This document shows positions 47,836-57,207 of a DNA stretch of 64,000 bases, in pieces. The number at the start of each line of letters is the position of its first letter. The stretch's first letter is position 1. Made by a program: the position numbers and the translations under genes. Source of the DNA: Acidobacteriota bacterium (lineage in GTDB: Bacteria; Acidobacteriota; UBA6911; RPQK01; JAJDTT01); contig OZ253580.1 in NCBI GenBank assembly GCA_965263035.1, positions 3,360,001 through 3,424,000 of the forward strand, written 5' to 3'. The notes below the pieces were generated by a model. It ran no database searches and was not told the DNA's origin. It saw nothing but the letters and a program-made list of their open reading frames with translations.

Positions 47836-48888
47836 CTACGCCAGCGTATTGGTCCAACCGATCAGAAACATGGCCGCAGACAAAATCAGGATAGAGATCC
47901 CCATCACGGCCATGGACTTCCTCGAGGCGCCGGTCCACTCGCCACTCAACGACCCCCAGACGGTGGCGGCGATGATCGACATGGCCGAGGCCATGGGCCA
48001 GCCGATGACTTCTCGAAGGTCACCCAGCATGGAGCCTCCAATGCCGTACGTGACGACGCCGGAGACCCAAAGTATCCCCATGGCCGCACCCACGCCGTAG
48101 TGAAACGGCTGCCCCCGGAAAATGTGCCAGCTCCTCCCCTTGAAGATCAGGTAGACGCAGTAGCCCGCGTTCACCAGGAAACCTGCGGACAAGGCCACGA
48201 CCCAGATGACGTTCGAGGCCATCGAGGGCGAAGTCCCAAGCAGGACGGCCTGATCGGCCAGCTTGATCCCATAGGCGAAGCTCAGATTCAGCATGGGTGA
48301 GAGTATCCCCGACAGGGCGGCCACCAGCAGTCCCAGGAACAACGGCGCCGACCCCGTGGATTCTTTGGCCGGGGTCTCGGAAATCTCCTCCGGATTCCGG
48401 GCGCGTCCGGGGGATTCTTCTCTCAACTTTCCCGCCCAGGCGGAGAGCAGGACACCGACGACGACCAGCAGGACTCCGGCGCAGATCACCATGCCCTTGA
48501 CCGTCAGAAATTCGTCCCAGTGGAGCAGAACGAACGGCGCCATCGTGCCGACGGCCGCGGTCAGGCCCATGACGATGGCGTAGCTCAGCGCCAAGCCGAC
48601 CATCTTTAGTGCCAATCCGTAGAGGACGGACCCCACTCCCCACCCCATGCCGAACAGGAAGACCAGAAGCAGGTCGCGGACTTCGGCCGCCGCCAGGACG
48701 GCAAACAGAGACTCGATGGTGAGAAAACCGAGGAGCCAGGGAATCAAAATCATTGCAGTCACGGAAAAAAGAAGCCAGATATGCTCCCATTTCCAGCTGC
48801 GCGTGAACTTGAGTCCCAATCCAAAGGCGGAATTGGCCGTAGATCCCGTCAGGATCACCAGAATTCCGAGGCCGAAACCGGTTTCCAT
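47836..48888 (-). CDS. L-rhamnose/proton symporter RhaT family transporter
   Basis: About 10 TM helices; RSWKWEHIW, GMGWGVGSVLYG, AGFLVNAGYC, IGWP, WGSLSGEW. Confidence 0.85.
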   Translation of the reverse strand: METGFGLGILVILTGSTANSAFGLGLKFTRSWKWEHIWLLFSVTAMILIPWLLGFLTIESLFAVLAAAEVRDLLLVFLFGMGWGVGSVLYGLALKMVGLALSYAIVMGLTAAVGTMAPFVLLHWDEFLTVKGMVICAGVLLVVVGVLLSAWAGKLREESPGRARNPEEISETPAKESTGSAPLFLGLLVAALSGILSPMLNLSFAYGIKLADQAVLLGTSPSMASNVIWVVALSAGFLVNAGYCVYLIFKGRSWHIFRGQPFHYGVGAAMGILWVSGVVTYGIGGSMLGDLREVIGWPMASAMSIIAATVWGSLSGEWTGASRKSMAVMGISILILSAAMFLIGWTNTLA

Positions 48889-49078
48889 GGGCAAGTCTCC
48901 CTTCCGGAAACTACATATCCCAAATCACAATTTAAAGAGGCGAGAGGTTGCGAAATCCTAACACGCGCGCAGGGGGACGACGGCATGTCGATACCCTCAA
49001 GGGCCGACTACGATAGTGGACAATCCAGCCGCCGTTGCCGGATCATGGGTCGTCCCGTCGGGTTTGACTGGAGGTGAC

Positions 49079-50263
49079 ATGGAGACCATCAAATTGCCGA
49101 AGCTGGCCATCACCATGGAAGAAGGGATCGTCGTGCGTTGGCTCAAGCAGGAAGGCGAGCCCGTTGCCAAGGGTGAACCCGTGGTCGAGATCGAGACCGA
49201 GAAGGCCAATGCCGAGATCGAATCCACCTGTGCCGGCTACCTCAAGAGAATCACCGTCAAGGAAAGTGAAACCGTGCCGGTGGAAGCCGTGCTGGCATAT
49301 ATCGCCAGCGATGAAGCGGAATTGAAGGCTCCCTTCGAACCCGCCGCAGGGCGCGTGTCCCAGCCGAGGGCAGAAACTGAGCCGGTTTCCACGAAACCAT
49401 CTCTCAAGACCGCACCACGCACCGCCCAGCGCCCCGTGTCCAGACTGAAAGGCCCTGTGCGCGCCGCTCCGGCGGCCCGCCGGTTGGCCCGGGAACTGGG
49501 CCTGGATCTGGCATCCATCCCGGGGACCGGTCCCGGGGGACGCATCCTGCCGGCGGACGTTCGCCGGGCGCAGGCCGCTGCCACCGAGACCCGGGAAGAC
49601 CCGCTCCAAAAGCGAAAGCCGATCATCGCCACCCTGACCAAGTCCATCCAGTCGATTCCCCACATCTACATCTGCAGGGAACTGCCCGCGGATGGGTTGA
49701 TCGCCCTGAAGCAACGCGCCCGGGACGTTACCTACACGGAGATCCTGCTCAAGGCCCTGGCGCTGGCGGTCGAGGAATTTCCCGCGTTCAAGACTTCCCT
49801 GGTGGGTGACCGGCTTTACCAGCCGGAGACGACCAGGCTGGGGTTCGTCGTCGACGTGGACGACGCCCTGGTGATCCCGACCATCGAAGACCCGGCAAGC
49901 AAGTCGATCCAGGACCTGGCTGCCGAGGTTCGCGGTCTGACCCGCCGGGCCCGGCAGGGGGGACTCCAGCACGCCGACGTGAGCGGCGCAACCGTGAGCC
50001 TGAGCAATCTTGGAATGCACGAAGTCGACCTCTTCACCGCCGTCATCCCGTACGGCCAGGTCGCCGTGCTGACCACCGGCCGTATCCGATATCAGCCGAC
50101 CATCCAGGAGGGAACGCTCGTGGAAGTCCCCCGGCTGTGGGCGAACCTGACCGTAGACCATCGCTTGATCGACGGCGTCGCCGCTGCCAAATTCCTGAAA
50201 ACTCTGGCCAATCTGCTCCGTGATGGGAGCGGCGGCTTTCTTGCCGCCGACTGGGGAGGTTAG
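49079..50263 (+). CDS. 2-oxoacid dehydrogenase E2 (dihydrolipoamide acyltransferase)
   Basis: Lipoyl domain EIETEKAN; E3-binding APAARRLARELG..GTGPGGRI; catalytic DHRLIDG. Confidence 0.92.
   Translation: METIKLPKLAITMEEGIVVRWLKQEGEPVAKGEPVVEIETEKANAEIESTCAGYLKRITVKESETVPVEAVLAYIASDEAELKAPFEPAAGRVSQPRAETEPVSTKPSLKTAPRTAQRPVSRLKGPVRAAPAARRLARELGLDLASIPGTGPGGRILPADVRRAQAAATETREDPLQKRKPIIATLTKSIQSIPHIYICRELPADGLIALKQRARDVTYTEILLKALALAVEEFPAFKTSLVGDRLYQPETTRLGFVVDVDDALVIPTIEDPASKSIQDLAAEVRGLTRRARQGGLQHADVSGATVSLSNLGMHEVDLFTAVIPYGQVAVLTTGRIRYQPTIQEGTLVEVPRLWANLTVDHRLIDGVAAAKFLKTLANLLRDGSGGFLAADWGG
50225..50255 (+). repeat. GGAG-type REP inside the last codons of the E2 gene
   Basis: GGGAGCGGCGGCTTTCTTGCCGCCGA is identical to 17979-18004; encodes GSGGFLAAD. 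Confidence 0.75.
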
Positions 50264-50377
50264 GGGGGACCGCAGTCCCCCCTCTTGTCCCTCTGCCAAA
50301 ACGGGTATGTCCGGACCCCTCCCATATTCTTTACTGACGCTCGGGACGCAAGCTAGAATGACCCGACCTCTGGTCCC

Positions 50378-51583
50378 ATGAGACTTTATGAGTTCGAGTC
50401 GAAACAGCTTCTGGCCCGGAGCGGGATCAGGGTTCCCCGATCTCAACTGATCACTTCAACTTCTTCCACTCCCCCGTCCGAAGACCTCCTGCCCGGAATC
50501 GTCAAAGTCCAGACCCTGAGTGGAAAGCGGGCCCTCCGGGGCGGTGTCCAGCCGGTCGACGATGTCGACGCCGTCAGAGACTTTGCCCAGCGCTTCCTGA
50601 AACAGGGCTTCGGGGACGAACCGGTGGACCGCATTCTCCTGGAAGAACGGATCGACTTCACCGCGGAATACTTCCTGGGCATCACCTACGACAACCGCGC
50701 ACGGAAACCCCTCCTGCTCTTCTCCCGGCACGGCGGCGCCAATATCGAAGAGACGGCCCGGTCCAGTCCGGACCTGGTCAAGACTCAATTGCTGCCGACG
50801 GGCGGAGACGTTCGTACCTACCAGGCCATCGAATGGCTTTCCGCATGGGGTTTTTCCGGAAAGCTGCTGCTGCGTCTGGCGGTGCTGGTTCGAAAGATGG
50901 CTCTCTTGTTTCACCGCTACGACGCCCTGCTGCTGGAGTTCAACCCGCTGGCGAGCACGGACTGGCAGGATCTCGTGGTACTGGACTGTCACATGGACAT
51001 CGACGACGATGCGCTGAAGCGCCAGTCGCTGGACTTCGAGGGGCTGTCGAGCCGGATGGAAGGCGCGCGGCAGCCGACGGAATTCGAGCAGAAAGCCCGC
51101 GAGATCGACCAGCTCGACTATCGCGGCGTCGCCGGCAGGATGATCGAGTTCGACGGCAATCTGGGACTCCTTATCGGAGGCGGAGGCGCCAGTCTCACCG
51201 CCTTCGATGCGGTGCGGAACTCGGGAGGGTCTCCCGCCAACTACTGTGAAATCGGGGGAAATCCGACGGTCAGGAAGGTGCAGGAATTGACGAAGCTCCT
51301 GGTCAGCCGGCCGGGAGTGGAGAAACTGGCCGTGATCATGAACGTGGTCAGCAACACCCGGTCCGATTTGGTGGCCCGGGGTGTGATCAAGGGGATGGTC
51401 GAGGCGGGCAGAGACCCGGAGCAGACAATTGCCGTGTTTCGCCTTCCGGGTGCCGGCGAAGAAGAGTGCAAGAAGATACTCAAGCACTACGGCGTTCCCT
51501 TTTGCGGCCGGGAAGTGTCCATTGACGAGGCCGCCGCCCTGGCGGTCGAGCGGGCGGGAAACGAAACCGAACATCGGGCCTGA
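50378..51583 (+). CDS. ADP-forming succinyl-CoA synthetase-like beta subunit (divergent)
   Basis: MRLYEFESKQLL; VKVQ..GKR..GGV; LEFNPL; IGGGGAS; PANYCEIGGNP. Confidence 0.88.
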   Translation: MRLYEFESKQLLARSGIRVPRSQLITSTSSTPPSEDLLPGIVKVQTLSGKRALRGGVQPVDDVDAVRDFAQRFLKQGFGDEPVDRILLEERIDFTAEYFLGITYDNRARKPLLLFSRHGGANIEETARSSPDLVKTQLLPTGGDVRTYQAIEWLSAWGFSGKLLLRLAVLVRKMALLFHRYDALLLEFNPLASTDWQDLVVLDCHMDIDDDALKRQSLDFEGLSSRMEGARQPTEFEQKAREIDQLDYRGVAGRMIEFDGNLGLLIGGGGASLTAFDAVRNSGGSPANYCEIGGNPTVRKVQELTKLLVSRPGVEKLAVIMNVVSNTRSDLVARGVIKGMVEAGRDPEQTIAVFRLPGAGEEECKKILKHYGVPFCGREVSIDEAAALAVERAGNETEHRA

Positions 51584-52494
51584 TGGGAATACTGATCGAT
51601 CACGGCACCACCATTCTGGTTCAGGGGATCACCGGGCGTGAAGCCAGTTTCTTCACGCGCGAATCTCTCGATTACGGGGCCCGGGTCGTGGCCGGAGTGA
51701 CGCCCGGAAAGGGAGGCCAGGAGGTCTACGGAATCCCCGTCTACGACTGTGTGAAGAACGCCCTTCGCAACCACCGTATCGACGCCAGCGTCGTCTCGGT
51801 CCCTCCCTTCGCGGTTCGGGACGCGGCCCTGGAAGCCGTCGAAAACGGGATCCGCCTGCTGGTCATCCTGACGGAGCGCGTCCCCCGGCGGGATGTCGCC
51901 ACCCTTTTGGACATTGCGCGGGAAAATGGCACCCGGGTCATCGGTCCCAACAGCCTGGGGATCATTTCTCCCGGCGAGTCCAAGCTGGGAGCCGTGGGCG
52001 GCAACGTGGAGAATACGTTGCGGACCTTCACCCAGGGACCCGTGGGAGTCATGTCGCGCAGCGGCGGGATGACGAGCGAGATCGCCAATCTCCTGGGCCA
52101 GGAAGGGCTGGGCCAGTCCACTTGCGTCAGCATCGGAGGCGATCCCGTGATCGGCTCCACCTTTCAGGACCTGTTCCCGTTGTTCGAAGACGATGACCAG
52201 ACCCGGGCGGTCGCCCTCTTCTGCGAACCCGGCGGGATCATGGAGGAGGAATTCGCCCGGTTCTACTCCACCCGCACGAATCCGAAACCGGTGGTAGCCT
52301 TCATCGCGGGAAGATTCGCCGACCAGATGCCGGGAACCCGATTCGGCCATGCTGCCGTGATCGTGGAAGGAGACCGCGGCAGCACCAGGAAGAAGAGAGA
52401 GCTCATGAAGAAAGCCGGGGTCCACGTGGCCGACAAGCTGTCGGATGTCCCGAGAATCATAAGGGGGCTGTTGAACCATGGGCATGTTCATTGA
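51583..52494 (+). CDS. Succinyl-CoA synthetase-like alpha subunit
   Basis: VQGITG, GVTPGKGG, IGPNSLG, SRSGG, SIGGDP, phospho-His motif FGHA. Confidence 0.92.
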   Translation: MGILIDHGTTILVQGITGREASFFTRESLDYGARVVAGVTPGKGGQEVYGIPVYDCVKNALRNHRIDASVVSVPPFAVRDAALEAVENGIRLLVILTERVPRRDVATLLDIARENGTRVIGPNSLGIISPGESKLGAVGGNVENTLRTFTQGPVGVMSRSGGMTSEIANLLGQEGLGQSTCVSIGGDPVIGSTFQDLFPLFEDDDQTRAVALFCEPGGIMEEEFARFYSTRTNPKPVVAFIAGRFADQMPGTRFGHAAVIVEGDRGSTRKKRELMKKAGVHVADKLSDVPRIIRGLLNHGHVH

Positions 52495-52711
52495 GGTCGC
52501 GGTTCGGGACCCGGGCTTTCTCAAGACCGAGGAATCCCGCAAGCTGACGGCAGCCTGCGCCGTGAACATTTTCGAGCCGGCGGCGCGAGGAGTCGCCGTC
52601 AATCGCGATCAGGAGGACGAATGTACGCTGTGCGGCCGCTGCCTGGAGATCGGAGGCGACCGGCTGGAGATCGTGAAGCTCTACGAGAAGGCTGGAAGAT
52701 CGACGGGATAG
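52484..52711 (+). CDS. Small 4Fe-4S ferredoxin-like protein
   Basis: ACAVNIF and DECTLCGRC; overlaps the alpha-subunit stop. Confidence 0.75.
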   Translation: MFIEVAVRDPGFLKTEESRKLTAACAVNIFEPAARGVAVNRDQEDECTLCGRCLEIGGDRLEIVKLYEKAGRSTG

Positions 52712-52751
52712 AGGCTTTCCTCCTGTGCTGGAGCGGGGGAGAGGGAAGAAC

Positions 52752-53729
52752 ATGAGAGAGATCACCTACTCACAGGCCATCAACGAAGCGATTCGGGAGG
52801 AAATGCGCCGCGACTCCGACATCGTCCTGTTGGGTCAGGATATCGGTGTGTACGGCGGGACCTTCGGGGTCTACCGGGGACTCTGCGACGAGTTCGGCGA
52901 GGACCGGGTCCGGGACGGGCCGCTTTCGGAAGCCGCCACCGCGGGCTTTGGAATCGGTCTCGCCGTGGCCGGCATGCGGGCGATCGTGGAGATCGAGTTC
53001 ATGGACTTCTCGCCCCTGATCCTGGACGCGGTGGCCAATCAAGCCTCCAAGATGCGCTATTTCTTCGGGGGCAAGGTCAAGGTCCCCCTGGTGCTGCGGA
53101 TGCCCAGCGCCAGCAAGTTGGGACTGGGCGCCCAACATTCACAGAGCCTCGAGGCTTGGTTCATGCACACCCCGGGGCTGCTGATCGCGATGCCGGCGAC
53201 CCCCTACGACGCCAAAGGGCTGCTGAAGACCGCGCTGCGCCAGGACAATCCGGTCATCTTCATCGAACATGTCCGGCTCTACGCCACCAAGGGAGAGGTG
53301 CCCGAGGAGGAGTACAGCCTGCCCTTCGGCAGCGCCCGGATCGTCCGGGAGGGTTCGGACGTCACTGTCGTGGCCATCGCCATGATGGTTCAAGAGGCGA
53401 TCGAGGCCGCCAACGAGTTGGAGAAGGAGGGGATCAGCGTGGAGATCATCGATCCCCGCACCCTGGCGCCCCTGGATGGGGAGACCATCGTCGAATCGGT
53501 AAAGAAGACCGGTCGCCTGCTGGTGACCCATGAGGCCTACCGGACCGCGGGCGTCGGGGCCGAGATCGGACAGGTCGCCCAGGAGGGCGCCTTCGATTAC
53601 CTGGTGGCCCCCATCCGCCGCGTCGCCGGCAAGCACCAGCCGATCCCCAGCGGACCGTTGCAGGACGAGGTCTTTCCGGACCGCAACAAGTTGGCCGCGG
53701 CGATCAGGGATCTCATGGAGGAGGGATAG
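52752..53729 (+). CDS. 2-oxoacid/acetoin dehydrogenase E1 beta subunit
   Basis: AIREEMRRD, PLSE, EIEFMDF, AQHSQS, DAKGLLK, IDPRTL. Confidence 0.93.
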   Translation: MREITYSQAINEAIREEMRRDSDIVLLGQDIGVYGGTFGVYRGLCDEFGEDRVRDGPLSEAATAGFGIGLAVAGMRAIVEIEFMDFSPLILDAVANQASKMRYFFGGKVKVPLVLRMPSASKLGLGAQHSQSLEAWFMHTPGLLIAMPATPYDAKGLLKTALRQDNPVIFIEHVRLYATKGEVPEEEYSLPFGSARIVREGSDVTVVAIAMMVQEAIEAANELEKEGISVEIIDPRTLAPLDGETIVESVKKTGRLLVTHEAYRTAGVGAEIGQVAQEGAFDYLVAPIRRVAGKHQPIPSGPLQDEVFPDRNKLAAAIRDLMEEG

Positions 53730-53734
53730 GAGAC

Positions 53735-54718
53735 ATGACAGAGCAGGCCGAAAGCGCTACGGCAGTCAGCTCGGACCAGGCTCTGGGCTGGTACCGCCAG
53801 ATGGTCCACATCCGGAAGTTCGAGGAGAAGGTGGTGGAACTCTCCGGCAGGGGACTGGTCAGCGGTTCCACCCACCCCTGCATCGCTCAGGAGGCGGTCT
53901 CCGTGGGCTGTATTTCCGCCTTGACCGAGGAGGATCTGGTATTGGCCACCTACCGTGGCCACGGCGCCTTCCTCGCCCGGGGCGGGGACCCCAAGGCTGC
54001 TATGGCCGAGATCCTCTGCCGGGAGACCGGTTGCTGCAAGGGCAAAGGGGGGTCCATGCACCTGTGCGACCCCGACATCGGCTTCCTGGGAACCAACGCC
54101 ATCGTGGCGGCTCACATCCCCATCGCTTCGGGGGTCGCCTTGGCCAACCAACTGAAGAAGACGAATCGGGTCACCCTCTGCCTGTTCGGCGACGGGGCTT
54201 CCTGTGAAGGCGCCTTCTACGAGACCTTGAACATGGTCGCCCTCTGGAAGATTCCCGTGGTGCTGGTCTGCGAGAACAACGGATACGCGATTTCGGTTCC
54301 GGTCAAGAAATCGTTGAGCGTTTCCCAGATCGCGACCCGGGCACAAGGGTTCGACATGCCCGGTATCTCCATTGACGGGAACGACATTGCCGAGGTCTAC
54401 GAGACCACGAGGCAGGCGGTGGAACGGGCGCGTGAGGGCGGCGGGCCGACGCTGATCGAGTGCAGGACCGTCCGCTGGGAACGCCACAGCGCTCTCTCGG
54501 CCGGATTCTATGAGTCACGCGAGGAGAGAAAGCGCTGGCAGGTGGTGGATCCCATCCCGCGGTTCCGGACCGTCCTCACCGAGGAGATGTCCATCCCGGC
54601 ATCGGTGCTGGAAGGGATCGAGCAGAACGCGGCCGAGGCCGCCGATGAAGCCGCGGAGTTCGCCATCCAGAGCCCGTTTACGGGGACGTCGCAGCTGGAA
54701 CAGGACATTTTCGCCTGA
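53735..54718 (+). CDS. 2-oxoacid/acetoin dehydrogenase E1 alpha subunit (TPP)
   Basis: YRGHG, GKGGSMH, GDGA...ENN TPP motif; atypical RWERHS loop. Confidence 0.93.
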   Translation: MTEQAESATAVSSDQALGWYRQMVHIRKFEEKVVELSGRGLVSGSTHPCIAQEAVSVGCISALTEEDLVLATYRGHGAFLARGGDPKAAMAEILCRETGCCKGKGGSMHLCDPDIGFLGTNAIVAAHIPIASGVALANQLKKTNRVTLCLFGDGASCEGAFYETLNMVALWKIPVVLVCENNGYAISVPVKKSLSVSQIATRAQGFDMPGISIDGNDIAEVYETTRQAVERAREGGGPTLIECRTVRWERHSALSAGFYESREERKRWQVVDPIPRFRTVLTEEMSIPASVLEGIEQNAAEAADEAAEFAIQSPFTGTSQLEQDIFA

Positions 54719-54732
54719 CCGCCGAATGGGAG

Positions 54733-54779
54733 GGGAGCGGCGGTTTCCAACCGCCGGGAGGGGCGATTTCCAGTCGCCC
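54733..54779 (+). repeat. Two tandem GGAG-type REP hairpins
   Basis: GGGAGCGGCGGTTTCCAACCGCCG followed by GGAGGGGCGATTTCCAGTCGCCC. Confidence 0.75.
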
Positions 54780-54854
54780 TCCCCGCGGAGGAAGAGGAGG
54801 CCAAGAAGGTCCCCCTCCCATTGGGTTGTTTCTTAGTCAAAAGGAGAACCTGAC

Positions 54855-55916
54855 ATGAGTGCCCCGGAATCCTCCGGTCCGAGAGTGATTCTCTGCGGTG
54901 TCGGAGGCGTCGGTCGCCGAGTGACCCGTCTGTTGAGCGTCCGGCCCGGCTATCGGGTCGTGGCGGCCTACACCAGGAACCGGGACTTGGCCGGTCAGGA
55001 CCTGGGTAGTTTGGCTGGTATCGAACCCAATGGAGTCATTGTCACAACCGACCGGGATGCCGCCCTGCGGCAGCCGGCCGACATCGTGATCGTCGCCACC
55101 ACCTCGTTTTTGAGAGCGGTGGCGCCGGAACTGCGGGCGGCGGTGGAACACAACCTCAACGCCATCACCACGGCCGAGCAAGCGGCCTTCCCCTGGCTGA
55201 CCGACGAGGCTCTGACCGATGAACTGGATCAGCTGGCCCAGGAGCGGGGCGTCTCGATCCTGGGCGTGGGACTGAACCCCGGGTTCATTTTCGACGCCTT
55301 GTTGCTGACGGCCACCGGGCCGGCCTGGGACGCGCGCAGGATTCGGATCAGGCGGGTCGTGGACGTCTCGCGGTTCAGTGCGACCATCCAGCGGCGGTTG
55401 GGCATCGGTTTCTCGAAAGAGAGGTTCGAGGCGGGGGTCCAAGCCGGAACCATCTTCGGCCACATCGGGTTTCCTCAATCCTTTCATCTGGCCGCAAAAT
55501 GTCTGGGCCGGACGTTGGACGATTACAGGAAGTCGTTCGAGCCGGTGATCGCCGAGCGCCCCTTTTCCAATGACTTTCTTGCGGTCCAGCCGGGTCAGAC
55601 CGTGGCCTTCATCCAGCGGGACGAGGGGATCATCGACGGAGAGCCTTGGATCGATTCCGAGTTCGTCGCCTTCATCGATCCGTCCGCGGGAGACTTCGTG
55701 GCACAGGACTCGATTTCGATCCAGGGATACAACCCACTGAATCTGACCATCAGGCCGGGCTGCCAGCCACAACTGGGATCGGCGGCCATGGTGGCCAATT
55801 CCATCCCCAAGGTAATTGCGGCGGAGCCCGGGTTTCGGACCGTGGCCGATCTCCCGCCCCTCTGCCCGCCGCCAACGGATAGCGGCCGGCTGGCGGAAGC
55901 CGCCCGGAAGTGGTGA
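54855..55916 (+). CDS. NAD(P)-dependent amine dehydrogenase / 2,4-diaminopentanoate dehydrogenase (Ord)-like
   Basis: GVGGVG Rossmann motif; GxDLGxLAG; GVGLNPGFIFD; GHIGF; NSIPKVIAAEPG. Confidence 0.75.
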   Translation: MSAPESSGPRVILCGVGGVGRRVTRLLSVRPGYRVVAAYTRNRDLAGQDLGSLAGIEPNGVIVTTDRDAALRQPADIVIVATTSFLRAVAPELRAAVEHNLNAITTAEQAAFPWLTDEALTDELDQLAQERGVSILGVGLNPGFIFDALLLTATGPAWDARRIRIRRVVDVSRFSATIQRRLGIGFSKERFEAGVQAGTIFGHIGFPQSFHLAAKCLGRTLDDYRKSFEPVIAERPFSNDFLAVQPGQTVAFIQRDEGIIDGEPWIDSEFVAFIDPSAGDFVAQDSISIQGYNPLNLTIRPGCQPQLGSAAMVANSIPKVIAAEPGFRTVADLPPLCPPPTDSGRLAEAARKW

Positions 55917-55998
55917 TCCTGAGGGCTCGTCGGGTGCTTGGCTCGGGGCGGCGAGCTGTGAACTGAGAGCGCCCTGTCAAGCGAAGGTTCCATCGACC

Positions 55999-57141
55999 AT
56001 GGACAAGATACGAACGATCCAAGTCATCCCCCTCATCCGGCGATTGGACCGGGTCTTCAGCGGAAGCACCTACCAGATCGTTTCGCGGAACACGATCTAC
56101 GCTCGAATCGAGACCGAGGGGGGGATCGTGGGCGAGGCTTTCGGAGGGGACGAGGACATCCACCAGGAGAAGGTGGTCCAGGTTGCCAACGATAGTCTGG
56201 CGCCGGGTCTGATCGGCGCCGAGATCTGGCCGGTGGAACCGCTCTGGCGCAAGATGTTCTCCACCCCCGACCTCCCGCTGCACAACCGCGGCATCCACAC
56301 CCTGGACATGATCAACCACGCCATCCTGATGCAGGCCATAGCCATCATCGACATGGCGATCTGGGACGCCGTCGGAAAGTCCTTCGGTAAACCCTTGTGG
56401 CAATTGCTGGGCGGGTTCCGAAACCGAGTCCCCGTCGTTGGCATTGGCGGTTATTACAAACCTGGAGCTATGGAGGAGCTGGGCGAGGAGATTCAACTCT
56501 GCATGGATCTCGGCTTGGCCGGGATCAAGCTGAAGGTCGGGAAAGCCTCGGTCGACGAGGACATCCGCCGAGTGGAATACATTCGGAAGCACTTTGCCGA
56601 CACCTTCGTGCTCGCCTGTGACGCGAACCAGGCCTGGACCTACGAACAGGCTCTCCGGTTCGCTCAAGGTGTCGCGGACCTGAACCTGGAGTGGCTGGAG
56701 GAACCCGTCCGCTGGTACGACCAGTTGGAGGGGTTGAAGCGGTTGAGGAGTTCGACCGCCATTCCCCTCGTCGCCGGGCAAGGGGAGATCTCCAAATGGG
56801 GGTGCCGCGACCTCATCCTGGGCGGTTGCGTCGACACGCTCAACGTCGACGCCACCATCGCCGCCGGCATCACCGAGTGGATGAGGATCGCCTCCTTCGC
56901 CGAAACCATGGACGTCAAGATGGGCCACCATGAGGAGCCCCAGGTTGCGCTGCATATGTTGGGAGCCATCCCCAACTCCACCTATGTCGAGATCTTCCAT
57001 CAGCGGGAACGGGACCCCATGTGGTACGAATTGGTGGCTGATCTGCCCCGCATCTCCGGTGGCTTCATGTATCCCAACGACGCCCCCGGACTGGGCTGGC
57101 ACTACAATGTCGAAGTCATCGACCGATACGGCCAGCCGTGA
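55999..57141 (+). CDS. Mandelate racemase/muconate lactonizing enzyme family (acid-sugar dehydratase-like)
   Basis: IDMAIWDAVGK, KLKVG, DANQ, WLEEP, AGQGE, PGLG. Confidence 0.92.
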   Translation: MDKIRTIQVIPLIRRLDRVFSGSTYQIVSRNTIYARIETEGGIVGEAFGGDEDIHQEKVVQVANDSLAPGLIGAEIWPVEPLWRKMFSTPDLPLHNRGIHTLDMINHAILMQAIAIIDMAIWDAVGKSFGKPLWQLLGGFRNRVPVVGIGGYYKPGAMEELGEEIQLCMDLGLAGIKLKVGKASVDEDIRRVEYIRKHFADTFVLACDANQAWTYEQALRFAQGVADLNLEWLEEPVRWYDQLEGLKRLRSSTAIPLVAGQGEISKWGCRDLILGGCVDTLNVDATIAAGITEWMRIASFAETMDVKMGHHEEPQVALHMLGAIPNSTYVEIFHQRERDPMWYELVADLPRISGGFMYPNDAPGLGWHYNVEVIDRYGQP

Positions 57142-57207
57142 CCGGCATTTGTCGCCGACCCGACCGGCCACCTGCTCGTTGGTTCGAAGAGCATCCCGAT
57201 CTCGTCT

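Noticed and set aside
50378-52494. Assigning sucC/sucD and pdh/aco gene symbols
   Set aside because: Divergent motifs and operon context leave the substrate uncertain.
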